From the IMG/VR virus record IMGVR_UViG_3300027777_000022: a stretch of DNA of 64,000 bases; one strand, 5' to 3'. The position numbers and the translations under genes were made by a program. The notes beneath the pieces were generated by a model. The model ran no database searches, was not told the origin of the DNA, and saw only the letters and a list, made by a program, of their open reading frames with translations. Of the stretch, positions 18,701 through 25,497 are shown piece by piece; the stretch's first letter is position 1; each line of letters begins with the position of its first letter. The stretch is from a virus. Lineage: Duplodnaviria; Heunggongvirae; Uroviricota; Caudoviricetes.

Positions 18701-18848
18701 ATTCTTGAAAATCTGATGCAATTGCCAACAACTTGTCACGCACTTCAGGCAACAAGTGTTCGTCCTTGCCCCACAAACGGGGGTTCAGACGTTGATGGAA
18801 TTTTACGGCATCTGCGAGATTGTAGTTGTCAAGATCATGAAAGTTCAT
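12795..18848 (-). CDS. 2017-aa phage polyvalent protein: PolB-type nucleotidyltransferase, HExxH metallopeptidase, COOH-NH2 amidoligase, Zn deaminase, 4x GNAT, ART/Tpt1-like domain
   Basis: SGSN..DIDLH; AHEMTH; GMEFE/EPDGS/GLEFVSP/TGLHIN/IEFRSPGG; HAE..LSPC..C; QGQGIA, RRQGIG, RQGVG, RSQGIA; YHITS..EEIL..GL.P. Confidence 0.8.
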   Translation of the reverse strand: MNFHDLDNYNLADAVKFHQRLNPRLWGKDEHLLPEVRDKLLAIASDFQEFLGVDELNIQDITISGSNAAYSYTPNSDIDLHLVVDIPDDPVYQELFAAKKYQYNAEHNIKIAGVPVELYVQPSDQKHVSQGIYSVKNGDWTQVPQRRRATIDDSCVQHKTADLDARIHEAIRSGDADAVNRLWEKIRTMRQTGLEQNGEFGCENIAFKLLRNSGCLTKLKKAKTSIQDRELSLTRKPAPRKKMNYGMRDYWYPGTAYAGQDHPAGTEAEQVDEGADPDQLKKIIQRFYNNCIDKLQLKNPPRLRLETTPAWSQQNGSFGQYEPETNTLILATADRHVLDILRTMAHEMTHRQQDERNPLPDNAGETGSPWEDQANAQAGRIMRDWAQEQPGMFDGATLEEASGYIPTKKQSKDPRFVMALTRDVRPGAVGKEANKLGLETDSQGHPALLTAGLNKLLREFKEQDLFEINMGGKSLRKEAAKTGAIAGMEFEMIVPNTSSEDQELEPDWDQDQSASSAYDIRDFFYDGDYNSRRSVDSLIDRIMEDYSDWQVEHFDSRWDSDAEQFIYEYIKENIDDDEIRQLLDLEPDDDITKKEYQLAADMIVTEQMSPWYEDARESSQEEFLDDDHFEEFLQDNDLDTMSGIHNRYDSMVHWPHYTSGGGDTSVQDIADDFSHAVGRPAQARSDYHAYGQERPGPGKNFYVVEPDGSLQPDDSDDSGLEFVSPPLPIDDIMSDLKKVKAWADKTGCYTNNSTGLHINISVPNYSIDRLDYVKLALLMGDEYVLNNFGRASNTYARSAMGKIRGKVTPENAKQILDKMKSGMDQLATKAIHSGITDKYTSINTKDGHIEFRSPGGDWLDDNFEKIENTLMRFTVAMSAALNPEAYRQEYLKKLYKMLAPKGETDPLAIFAKYAAGELPKAALKSFIRQAQLVRGNKAAKQAELDTMYKDLATAPGEVNQGNWGIWLGSVNQFSRMPGEYSAGEPVPLRRFSSQEAAEQFLTQTRASNPRMRADAEVREIEPTTAQAAPEPGNVQWNIVDADGNVVHTFRNTNAQSDANQAGRSWIWSQRLSHHAGRGPWDIVPAANSTAPAEPEAGSMQWNIINSNGETVHTFWDTNVQRDANLAARLWLIDHDLDDYREQFDVVPAAIPGRAQSLARWGPARQAALAAASMAADAAPSAANHLRNAAMSNSTNPPYYPPPTPIPGVQDIEIDIPMAQTQWEVYNRSSNQPVFVMRAADQAEAWRKGQEWVATAMQTDPTIDASNFSVRQSAQPVSESREITKLHKLDSVLKKCISMIHRGKQINPKKYGGVAACLIDNKNNHTYAINMPGPNGTRRHAERMAIDKHLKRHGRIGPNAIMVTTLSPCVNHMTERDGESCTELLSDYGIEKCYAGWQDPTQQPAEDYPFNLQVTDNADIFNTCQDIAASFLPQVVANELNETVNPDCFDPAFNDTQHFDGLTYRATVQEEYGKPVLTIKVLDDNFQQVGISKFKQSKKGVVSLITSFRPEYQGQGIARNIYAYVRMLGNTIVPSKNQLPPGKAMWAAWKKSGDAKHLMKDVAEDADGNIEIRSEPTSTGGMQVYAYRDGKEVGWVRFQRLSNGKVKAAMVHVPERLRRQGIGSAMYKHARHVLGLDIVPSDSQTADGRLFWNKIHEVEEEPIRINLGNNNAARAFIERVYARYPYTMQNNHVMVWGKGDEQQFAMFELIPSFSKRGAVEVKWFQAYPLRQGVGSKAMKELQAMAREDGISLTLFPWDKGQVSQSKLTKFYRGQGFKPAVKGSKAMQWEPISERKQHPLEDFEGLKFRIVADSGQLFVNALDPTGNNELGHVVFDLDDSKELYPRDLFIKDKFRSQGIARIMYDFVKSKGYTIQRSWDQTDAGSGFWNKHKGEDVRVWEQNDLAEERTHHPDHKFKTAYHITSTENAEEILYGGLDPYDGKAFMVVDEGDKTKLQRELSMVGGWMYAKTEGSDDPLTLLKIDVTGIPLTYDQGWYFSTTNIPPERIRDLGEDELARYV

Positions 18849-18857
18849 TTTGGTACA

Positions 18858-18863
18858 TAAATA
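18858..18863 (+). promoter_or_regulatory. late promoter core (TAAATA) for the homing endonuclease
   Basis: TAAATA followed by a hairpin, then AAGGAG RBS and ATG at 18925. Confidence 0.55.
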
Positions 18864-18924
18864 TAGTTGTAGTTCACGGAACTAGGAATTCCCAACTACT
18901 CTAATGCTATAAGGAGCACCAGCA

Positions 18925-19485
18925 ATGATATTTACCAAAAGTTGCCCACCTAGCGGTTTCTATGTATACGCATATCTTCGTAATGACGGTACACCGTATT
19001 ACATCGGTAAAGGAAAAAATAAAAGAGCATGGGATAGAGCCCATAGTGTTGTAGTCCCATTGGATCAAAACAGAATTATAACTTTAGAAACAGGTCTCTC
19101 AGAGATAGGTGCGTTAGCTATAGAACGCAGAATGATTGCTTGGTATGGTCGAAAAGATTGCAATACAGGTATTCTAAGAAACAAAACTGAGGGAGGGGAA
19201 GGCCCATCATCTGCTGACAGATTAGGAAACAAAAATCCCATGTTTGGTAGAAAACAAAGCGCAGAATCTAATAGAATACGTCGAGAAAAATCTTTAGGTA
19301 GGATAGTTACAGAAGAAACACGACAGAAATCATCAGACGCTCTCATTGGCAAAAGAAATGGAAAAGATAATCCCATGTTTGGTAGGAAACATTCTGCTGA
19401 AACTGTAGAGAAAATACGTGAGGCAAAAAAAGGAAAGATTCCTTGGAACAAAGGAAAAACTTACAATCTTAAAAAAAGCCCCTAA
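18925..19485 (+). mobile_element. free-standing GIY-YIG homing endonuclease with NUMOD3 repeats (Seg-like), opposite in orientation to the flanking genes
   Basis: FYVYAYL...PYYIGKG..R; repeated KNPMFGRKQS/DNPMFGRKHS..E..KI; RBS AAGGAG. Confidence 0.85.
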
Positions 19486-19494
19486 GGGCTTTTC
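19471..19494 (-). terminator. rho-independent terminator (probably bidirectional)
   Basis: AAAAGCCC-CTAA-GGGCTTTT hairpin with a U7 tail on the minus strand; the endonuclease stop codon lies in the loop. Confidence 0.75.
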
Positions 19495-19496
19495 CA

Positions 19497-20420
19497 TCAA
19501 GCAGTAGCAGTTTCCTCTGGAGCCTTCTTGTTTGTGGCAATCACAGTGGCTTCAACTGGCGTTGCGGCTGCTGTTAAATCACTTACGGTAGGCTGTTGTT
19601 GGATCACAACCTGTGGTTGATTGGCCTGATTGGTCATGGCAATCTGATGCAGGTCCGCATACAGTTTGTCTTGAGTTTGATAATCAAACACATAGGTACC
19701 TGTGTGTTTCAACAACACACGTTTGTCCACAAAAACTTGTCCGCCGATATCACGCCAGTTTTCACAGAATGTCCAGTCTTCACTGTAATAACGATTTTCA
19801 CGCACCGCAGTGTCAAAGTATGTTTTCATGTGAGGATTCAATGCTGGATCTAGTCCAATGTCGTTGATAAACGGCTTCACAGCAGGATGTGCATTGAGCT
19901 TTTCAAACACACCACGTTTGATCAACAAGAAACCAGTGCCGGTCTTGGTGACTTCAATCAAGCCGGATGGATCATCTTGCACCGCATCAGGAATACCATT
20001 AACACACCATTTTACTGGCAGTGATTTCATTGGATACAAACCGCCTACCACATCCTTGTCATGATTCAACATGACCAGCAAATGCCAAGGTTCCCAACCA
20101 ATGTCTGCATCAATAAACATCAAGTGTGTGGATCCTTCTGTGTGCAAGAACTTGGCAGTGAGTGTGTTTCTAGCACGAGAAATCAGGGATTCATTGGTCA
20201 TTGTTTCCACGGTCCAGTCCAAGCCCAGTTGGCGTGCCACGTTGGCCCACTTGATGTAACTCATGAATGTGCTTTCAGTGAGTTGTCCCCCGTAACATGG
20301 CATGCATATATGCACTCGGGTGGTTTTCAAGTAGTCAATGTTGACTTGAATGCTTTGTTGACCGGTGTTTTGATCCACTGGGGATGCATTCTGGTAAGGT
20401 AATTGTTGTTCGTCTGCCAT
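19497..20420 (-). CDS. GT-A fold glycosyltransferase-like protein
   Basis: ICMPCYGG, SLISRARN, LMFIDADI (DxD), SEDWTFC. Confidence 0.75.
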   Translation of the reverse strand: MADEQQLPYQNASPVDQNTGQQSIQVNIDYLKTTRVHICMPCYGGQLTESTFMSYIKWANVARQLGLDWTVETMTNESLISRARNTLTAKFLHTEGSTHLMFIDADIGWEPWHLLVMLNHDKDVVGGLYPMKSLPVKWCVNGIPDAVQDDPSGLIEVTKTGTGFLLIKRGVFEKLNAHPAVKPFINDIGLDPALNPHMKTYFDTAVRENRYYSEDWTFCENWRDIGGQVFVDKRVLLKHTGTYVFDYQTQDKLYADLHQIAMTNQANQPQVVIQQQPTVSDLTAAATPVEATVIATNKKAPEETATA

Positions 20421-20446
20421 AAGGCCCTTTCAATGTTGTAGAATAT

Positions 20447-21406
20447 TTAACGGAGTATAGCAGGCTGGTAGAATTTCCACGACCTTGCTTCGTCCAAATA
20501 ATCTTCAGCAATGGGCTGGTTGTACTTGCTTTGATAGCTGGCTCGCATGCCGCCTTGGCTCATTTGACGTGTGACTTCTTCGTCGACACTTTGATCCAAC
20601 ATATTTGGTAAGCCTTGTGCCTTACGAGCCATATGACGGGCCCAATCTACTTTTTCATCATCAACAGTATCAACTAACTCAGCCATCTTTTTTGCAATTA
20701 AATTGTGTGCTGTTGATGGTTTATATTTTTTCATATTCAACTTTTTAGCAACATTAAGATAAAGTTGTAAATCATTGCTATCATCGCCACCATTGAAATC
20801 ACCTCGAGCAAACTCATTTAAGTTTTCTGCACCCATAGCAGTATCCAACATCTTGACCACTGTGTTGGCCAATTTAGGGTTCTTCTGTGTGTTGGGATAT
20901 AGACTCATGACCAATGCAGTGCGCTGGCGTTCTGTCAACGACGGCCATGCTGTGCGTATCTGTGTGGCTGAAGTCATACCTGGCCCAAACTCCACCGTGG
21001 GCAAGTAAGCCATGTATGCGTGTTGAGTCATGGGTGCCATTTGATCCGAGATGGGTTGCAAGTATGACAGTGTGCCATCACGTTTGATACCACCAGGTTG
21101 TGGGGGCTTTGTGGCGTCTTTCTCTGAACGCACAAAAATCAACTGTGTGTCTGCAGGATTGTAACTGCGTGTGATTTCTTCTGCACGGAATGGTGATTTA
21201 ACTTGATAGAAGTCTCCTGGAGGAACTCCGGCCAACTGTGCTAGCTTTTCTTTTAGTCGGAAAGGAAAAGGGCGAGTTGAAGTGTCGTTGGTTGCAGCCA
21301 CTTTGACATCAGCATTGGGAAATGCTTGAGTAGCAGAATTATACAGTGCTAAATGGCCTGCGTGAAAAGGATGAAATCCACCAGGCATGATTACTAATTG
21401 TTTCAT
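20447..21406 (-). CDS. HIGH-motif nucleotidyl/cytidylyltransferase-like protein with extra C-terminal modules
   Basis: MPGGFHPFHAGH; SATQIR (KMSKS-like); LNE, VDE and IAE junctions in the C-terminal part. Confidence 0.7.
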   Translation of the reverse strand: MKQLVIMPGGFHPFHAGHLALYNSATQAFPNADVKVAATNDTSTRPFPFRLKEKLAQLAGVPPGDFYQVKSPFRAEEITRSYNPADTQLIFVRSEKDATKPPQPGGIKRDGTLSYLQPISDQMAPMTQHAYMAYLPTVEFGPGMTSATQIRTAWPSLTERQRTALVMSLYPNTQKNPKLANTVVKMLDTAMGAENLNEFARGDFNGGDDSNDLQLYLNVAKKLNMKKYKPSTAHNLIAKKMAELVDTVDDEKVDWARHMARKAQGLPNMLDQSVDEEVTRQMSQGGMRASYQSKYNQPIAEDYLDEARSWKFYQPAILR

Positions 21407-21419
21407 ACCCAGTATTTAG

Positions 21420-21857
21420 TTACAAGTTTTCTAATAGCCAGAGGTAGATGGGTGTGGTAAATTTCACAGAGACTGTGCCATTGCAGCCCATCTCACCATA
21501 GAACTGGTCTGTAGTGTCGGCACCGTGACCATTGAAATTGTGCCGATATTCTGCCAAGGTAGATATCAAATATGTTACATCAATATCTTCAAACATGATA
21601 TCGTCAATTCTAATGCTGGCATCTTTGATAATGTTCTTGTCGGCATCCAGTTGAGTATGCTTGCGCAGTTTGTTCTTTAAAACAAATCGCAACTCATGCT
21701 CTCCATCCTGATCACTCAAGTCATGTTCAACGGTCTCAGTTTGACTCACATGGGCTTGATCAAAGATTTTATCACCATCTAACCAAACTTCCATGCCCAA
21801 CGGCACAGCAGGATCACTCGGAGTGATACTAAATCCAAATTTAGCAGTGCTGGACAT
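21420..21857 (-). CDS. hypothetical protein
   Basis: 145-aa ORF, coupled to the upstream gene. Confidence 0.6.
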   Translation of the reverse strand: MSSTAKFGFSITPSDPAVPLGMEVWLDGDKIFDQAHVSQTETVEHDLSDQDGEHELRFVLKNKLRKHTQLDADKNIIKDASIRIDDIMFEDIDVTYLISTLAEYRHNFNGHGADTTDQFYGEMGCNGTVSVKFTTPIYLWLLENL

Positions 21858-22235
21858 TTAGTATGTGGCCTGTACTGTTTCGATTACACCGTCTTGGAAA
21901 TTAGAGACCACTGCTCGTAACCACACAAAGTTGCCCACCACAGCTTGTATGTAAGTGTCTGTGATAGTGCTGGAATCGGCACTACTGCCATCGCCATAGG
22001 ACGCTATATCAAACCAACGTGATTCAGCAGGATCATTGTCCAAAGTAGCTTGGATAGAAACTTCACCTTGCACGCCACGAAACACCCAGCGTAGAGTTTG
22101 GATGCCGCCACGACCAAGATAGTAGTTGGCAGCTTTTTGTGGATCGCCAATGAAATCTTGTGAGGACCCGTCATAGTTACCAGATGGCACACCATACTCT
22201 GTATAAGGCACTAGTGTGACAGTGGTAATGGCCAT
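21858..22235 (-). CDS. hypothetical beta-rich protein (possible virion protein)
   Basis: 125-aa ORF, TAATG-coupled. Confidence 0.55.
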   Translation of the reverse strand: MAITTVTLVPYTEYGVPSGNYDGSSQDFIGDPQKAANYYLGRGGIQTLRWVFRGVQGEVSIQATLDNDPAESRWFDIASYGDGSSADSSTITDTYIQAVVGNFVWLRAVVSNFQDGVIETVQATY

Positions 22236-22393
22236 TATGCTCGATCCACTTCCACAACAACGCCTGCAAGTTCTTCAACCACAGACACCAGTGATGCTAT
22301 AACATCATCTGTAGCCACTTCAGCAGGTGCTGCATCGTCTTTGACCAATTTATTGAGTGTAATTACAATAGTTTCGGTATAAATTTTAGCCAT
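22235..22393 (-). CDS. small protein missing from the ORF track (MAKIYTETIVITLNKLVKDD...VVVEVDRA, 52 aa)
   Basis: Translated by hand; RBS AAGGAA upstream; TAATG overlap with 22235. Confidence 0.7.
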   Translation of the reverse strand: MAKIYTETIVITLNKLVKDDAAPAEVATDDVIASLVSVVEELAGVVVEVDRA

Positions 22394-22497
22394 TTATTAT
22401 TTCCTTATGTTTTTTGTAAGGGCCTCTCTTTACTCCAAGCATAGCGAGACTTCTTTGTTTTTTAAATTCTTCATAGTGTTTCAATTCCATACTGTAT

Positions 22498-23208
22498 TTA
22501 TGGCCGTTTTTGCACTTGTACAGTTTTACGAGTCAACCCCGGACATAGCATTGCCAACATGGTAATATGCTTGAGATCAGTGTGTTCTATAAAATAATGC
22601 CCCCGACACCAATCAGATCCTGCTCCTGACCAGTTATAACCATATGGACTCGGGCGCGACTGTGCAGTAAACCATTTTTTAGTTACGGGACTGGCCACAA
22701 GATCTGGAGTCTGATTGCTGATCCACGTCCATAATGCCTGTTTCTTTTCCAATGCCAGATTCTTTTCCTTAAAATAAGTTCTGTATGGATATTTAGGTTC
22801 AGTTGCTAACATTACCACATCCGACGGATATACCACTGCTGCTTGTTTGGTAGTTGACTCCATGGGATAATTCTTCTGCAGGATCTCAACATCTTGAAGA
22901 TCATTGGTGTACACATGAAAAGTGTTATGCCCATACGTGCGATGAATGAATGTGCTCTTGAGAGTCGCCATTACATGCACAGCATGCATTAGATTCTCCT
23001 TGGTCAAGTCTGATATTCTTGCCCGACCAATGGCCGAAAGATGATATTGATCATGTTTACGCATTCTTTCCAAAACCGCTGTTCGAGAAAGATTGCGCAG
23101 CAACCAAGCATCATTGATCCGCAGACTTACTACATATTCGTACTTGCCGAAATAAAGTGAGTCGCGTGGCTCACACTGTATCTGGGCTGGTGATATGCGT
23201 ATGTACAT
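22498..23208 (-). CDS. hypothetical protein
   Basis: 236-aa ORF overlapping the end of clpA. Confidence 0.55.
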   Translation of the reverse strand: MYIRISPAQIQCEPRDSLYFGKYEYVVSLRINDAWLLRNLSRTAVLERMRKHDQYHLSAIGRARISDLTKENLMHAVHVMATLKSTFIHRTYGHNTFHVYTNDLQDVEILQKNYPMESTTKQAAVVYPSDVVMLATEPKYPYRTYFKEKNLALEKKQALWTWISNQTPDLVASPVTKKWFTAQSRPSPYGYNWSGAGSDWCRGHYFIEHTDLKHITMLAMLCPGLTRKTVQVQKRP

Positions 23209-25450
23209 GTTGTGGGTCCTTTAGTTCAAACACAATCTTTTCGTCTTGTAATTCCACATTTAATGCACAGTCGGTCAACTGTTCAAACAAGATACGCTTG
23301 CTCAATGGCACACGGATCAATTCATCAATCTTGCGATTCAACGGACGAGCACCCATTTTGCTATCGTAACCCTTGTCTGCCAACAGTTCAATCACTGCTT
23401 CTGAGAAAAACAGTTTGATGTTCTTTTCTGCCACACTTGATTTCAAGTGATCCAAGAACTTCACCACAATCTTCTTGATAGCCAAGGTGTCCAACTTGAC
23501 AAACTTGCAGATCTTGTCAATACGATTGCGCAGCTCTGGGCGGAAAAACTCTTTCATTGCACGATCTTCTTCACCGGTCTTGGACAAGTCTGTAGAGAAT
23601 CCAATGTTGTTGTTTTCATTGTCTCTGGCACCCAGGTTTGATGTCATGATGATAATGGTGTTCTTGCAGTCTACCCGTTTGCCATTTGCGCCAGTCACAT
23701 GTCCTTCATCCAGCATTTGCAGCAGGATGTTGGTAACGTCAGAGTGTGCTTTTTCAATTTCATCAAACAAGATAACAGAGAATGGATGCTTGCTGAGGTC
23801 ACTGATCAGTTTGCCACCGCCCACATTGCCATCCGCAAAGCCCACATAGCCAGGAGGTGCACCAATCAGGCTGCTGACCGAGAACTTTTCTTGAAACTCA
23901 CTCATGTCATAGCGCAGCAGATGCATGTCCAGGTTCTCACTCAACAGCTTGGCCAACTCAGTTTTGCCTGTACCTGTTGGGCCCAGAAACAAGAAACTTG
24001 CCATGGGCTTGCCTTGTGTACCAATACCTGAGAAGTTGATATACACACGTTCTAGCACACTATCCACGGCTTCTTCTTGTCCGTACAGCTTTTGCTTGAT
24101 GTTAGATTCCAGATCCACAATCTTCAAACTGCGTTCATTTTGCAAGCGGTCAGTGGGCACACCTGTTACTCGTGCCACTTGTTCTTCGATCATGCTTTTG
24201 TTCACAGTGACCTGACCTGCATCCTTCACACGTTCTCTGGCACATGCAGCATCCAGCAAGTCAATTGATTTGTCTGGATTCTTTTTGTCATGGATATAAC
24301 GACCAGCAAGATCCACAGCAGCAGTCATGGCTTCTGTGTCGATCATGACATTGTGGAATTTTTCCAAGCGTGGGCTCAGTCCAATCAGAATCTTTTCTGT
24401 GGTGTCACGATCTGGTTCATCAATGCTGAGACGATAGAAGCGACGCATGAGTGCGCGGTCTTTCTCAAATGACTCGTAGTATTCTTCCCAGGTGGTTGAT
24501 GCAATTACTTTTAAATTGCCTTTGGTAATAGCTGGCTTCAGCATGTTAGCAAAGTCCAAGCTACCCGAACTGCCTGCCCCTGCACCTTTCATGGTATGCG
24601 CTTCATCCACAAACAAGATGCAATTTTTCTTGGCTTCCAGGGCAGCAATTACTGCTTTGAACTTTTCTTCAAAGTCGCCGCGATATTTTGATCCTGCTAC
24701 CAAGCTACCAATTTCCAGGCTCCATACTTCGTGATTTTTAAGGAACTCAGGCACACGATTTTGTGCGATTTCCTGTGCAAGGCCTTCAATGATGGCAGTT
24801 TTGCCCACACCTGGATCACCTACCATGAGTACATTGGCTTTGAAACGACGTGCTAGCACAGCGATCATTTCATCCAGTTCTGTTGAGCGTCCAATCAGCG
24901 GTTCCAATTGATCTGCTGCGGCCATTGAACTGAGACTGGTACAGTATTCTTCCAGCACTTCTGTGGCTTGTTGATGATTCATACCTGCGGCTGCTCGCTC
25001 AGATTTGTAGTTCTTGGTCCAGAAGTCTACGAATTCAGTTTTGTGTACACCGTATTTCAGCAAGAAGTAGTGTGCATTGCTGTTGGTCTCGCCCATGATG
25101 GCCAAGTACAAGTCAACAGTGACCACTTGTCTGCGTCCTGTAAACAATACCTGGGTTAGCGCACGATTAAACACTCGCTCTAGTGCAACAGTTTTACGTG
25201 GAGTTAGATCTTCTCCAGCACGAATTAGACTTTGTAGACTGTCCAAGTAGCCGCACAGTTCAGTTTCTAACATGTCCACATCGCAGCCGTATTTGGCTAG
25301 AGTCTTTCTAAATGGATCATGTCTGATTAAACTCAGCAACAAGTGTTCTGTTAGAACATATTCATGTTGCCAGCCACGTGCGATTTGCACAGCGCCTTCA
25401 ATGATGGCGTCAATTTCGGGATTGTCTTGGATTTGATTTGAATTGCTCAT
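23171..25450 (-). CDS. clpA: ClpA-type Hsp100 AAA+ chaperone / Clp protease ATP-binding subunit
   Basis: Clp-N domain; GDPGVGKT and GPTGTGKT Walker A motifs; LFVDEAH, LFDEIEKAH; GAPPGYVG; no ClpB middle coiled coil. Confidence 0.9.
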   Translation of the reverse strand: MSNSNQIQDNPEIDAIIEGAVQIARGWQHEYVLTEHLLLSLIRHDPFRKTLAKYGCDVDMLETELCGYLDSLQSLIRAGEDLTPRKTVALERVFNRALTQVLFTGRRQVVTVDLYLAIMGETNSNAHYFLLKYGVHKTEFVDFWTKNYKSERAAAGMNHQQATEVLEEYCTSLSSMAAADQLEPLIGRSTELDEMIAVLARRFKANVLMVGDPGVGKTAIIEGLAQEIAQNRVPEFLKNHEVWSLEIGSLVAGSKYRGDFEEKFKAVIAALEAKKNCILFVDEAHTMKGAGAGSSGSLDFANMLKPAITKGNLKVIASTTWEEYYESFEKDRALMRRFYRLSIDEPDRDTTEKILIGLSPRLEKFHNVMIDTEAMTAAVDLAGRYIHDKKNPDKSIDLLDAACARERVKDAGQVTVNKSMIEEQVARVTGVPTDRLQNERSLKIVDLESNIKQKLYGQEEAVDSVLERVYINFSGIGTQGKPMASFLFLGPTGTGKTELAKLLSENLDMHLLRYDMSEFQEKFSVSSLIGAPPGYVGFADGNVGGGKLISDLSKHPFSVILFDEIEKAHSDVTNILLQMLDEGHVTGANGKRVDCKNTIIIMTSNLGARDNENNNIGFSTDLSKTGEEDRAMKEFFRPELRNRIDKICKFVKLDTLAIKKIVVKFLDHLKSSVAEKNIKLFFSEAVIELLADKGYDSKMGARPLNRKIDELIRVPLSKRILFEQLTDCALNVELQDEKIVFELKDPQHVHTHITSPDTV

Positions 25451-25456
25451 GTGAGT

Positions 25457-25485
25457 AGTATACTATAGATCTCAATTGAGATCAA
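25457..25485 (-). promoter_or_regulatory. sigma70-like promoter of clpA overlapped by a 16-bp palindrome
   Basis: TTGATC-N17-TATACT; GATCTCAATTGAGATC at 25468-25483. Confidence 0.6.
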
Positions 25486-25497
25486 CCTTTCATGTGA

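Noticed and set aside
19065-19451. Minus-strand 128-aa ORF inside the endonuclease
   Set aside because: It is the antisense shadow of the GIY-YIG/NUMOD3 gene, which has the motifs and the RBS.
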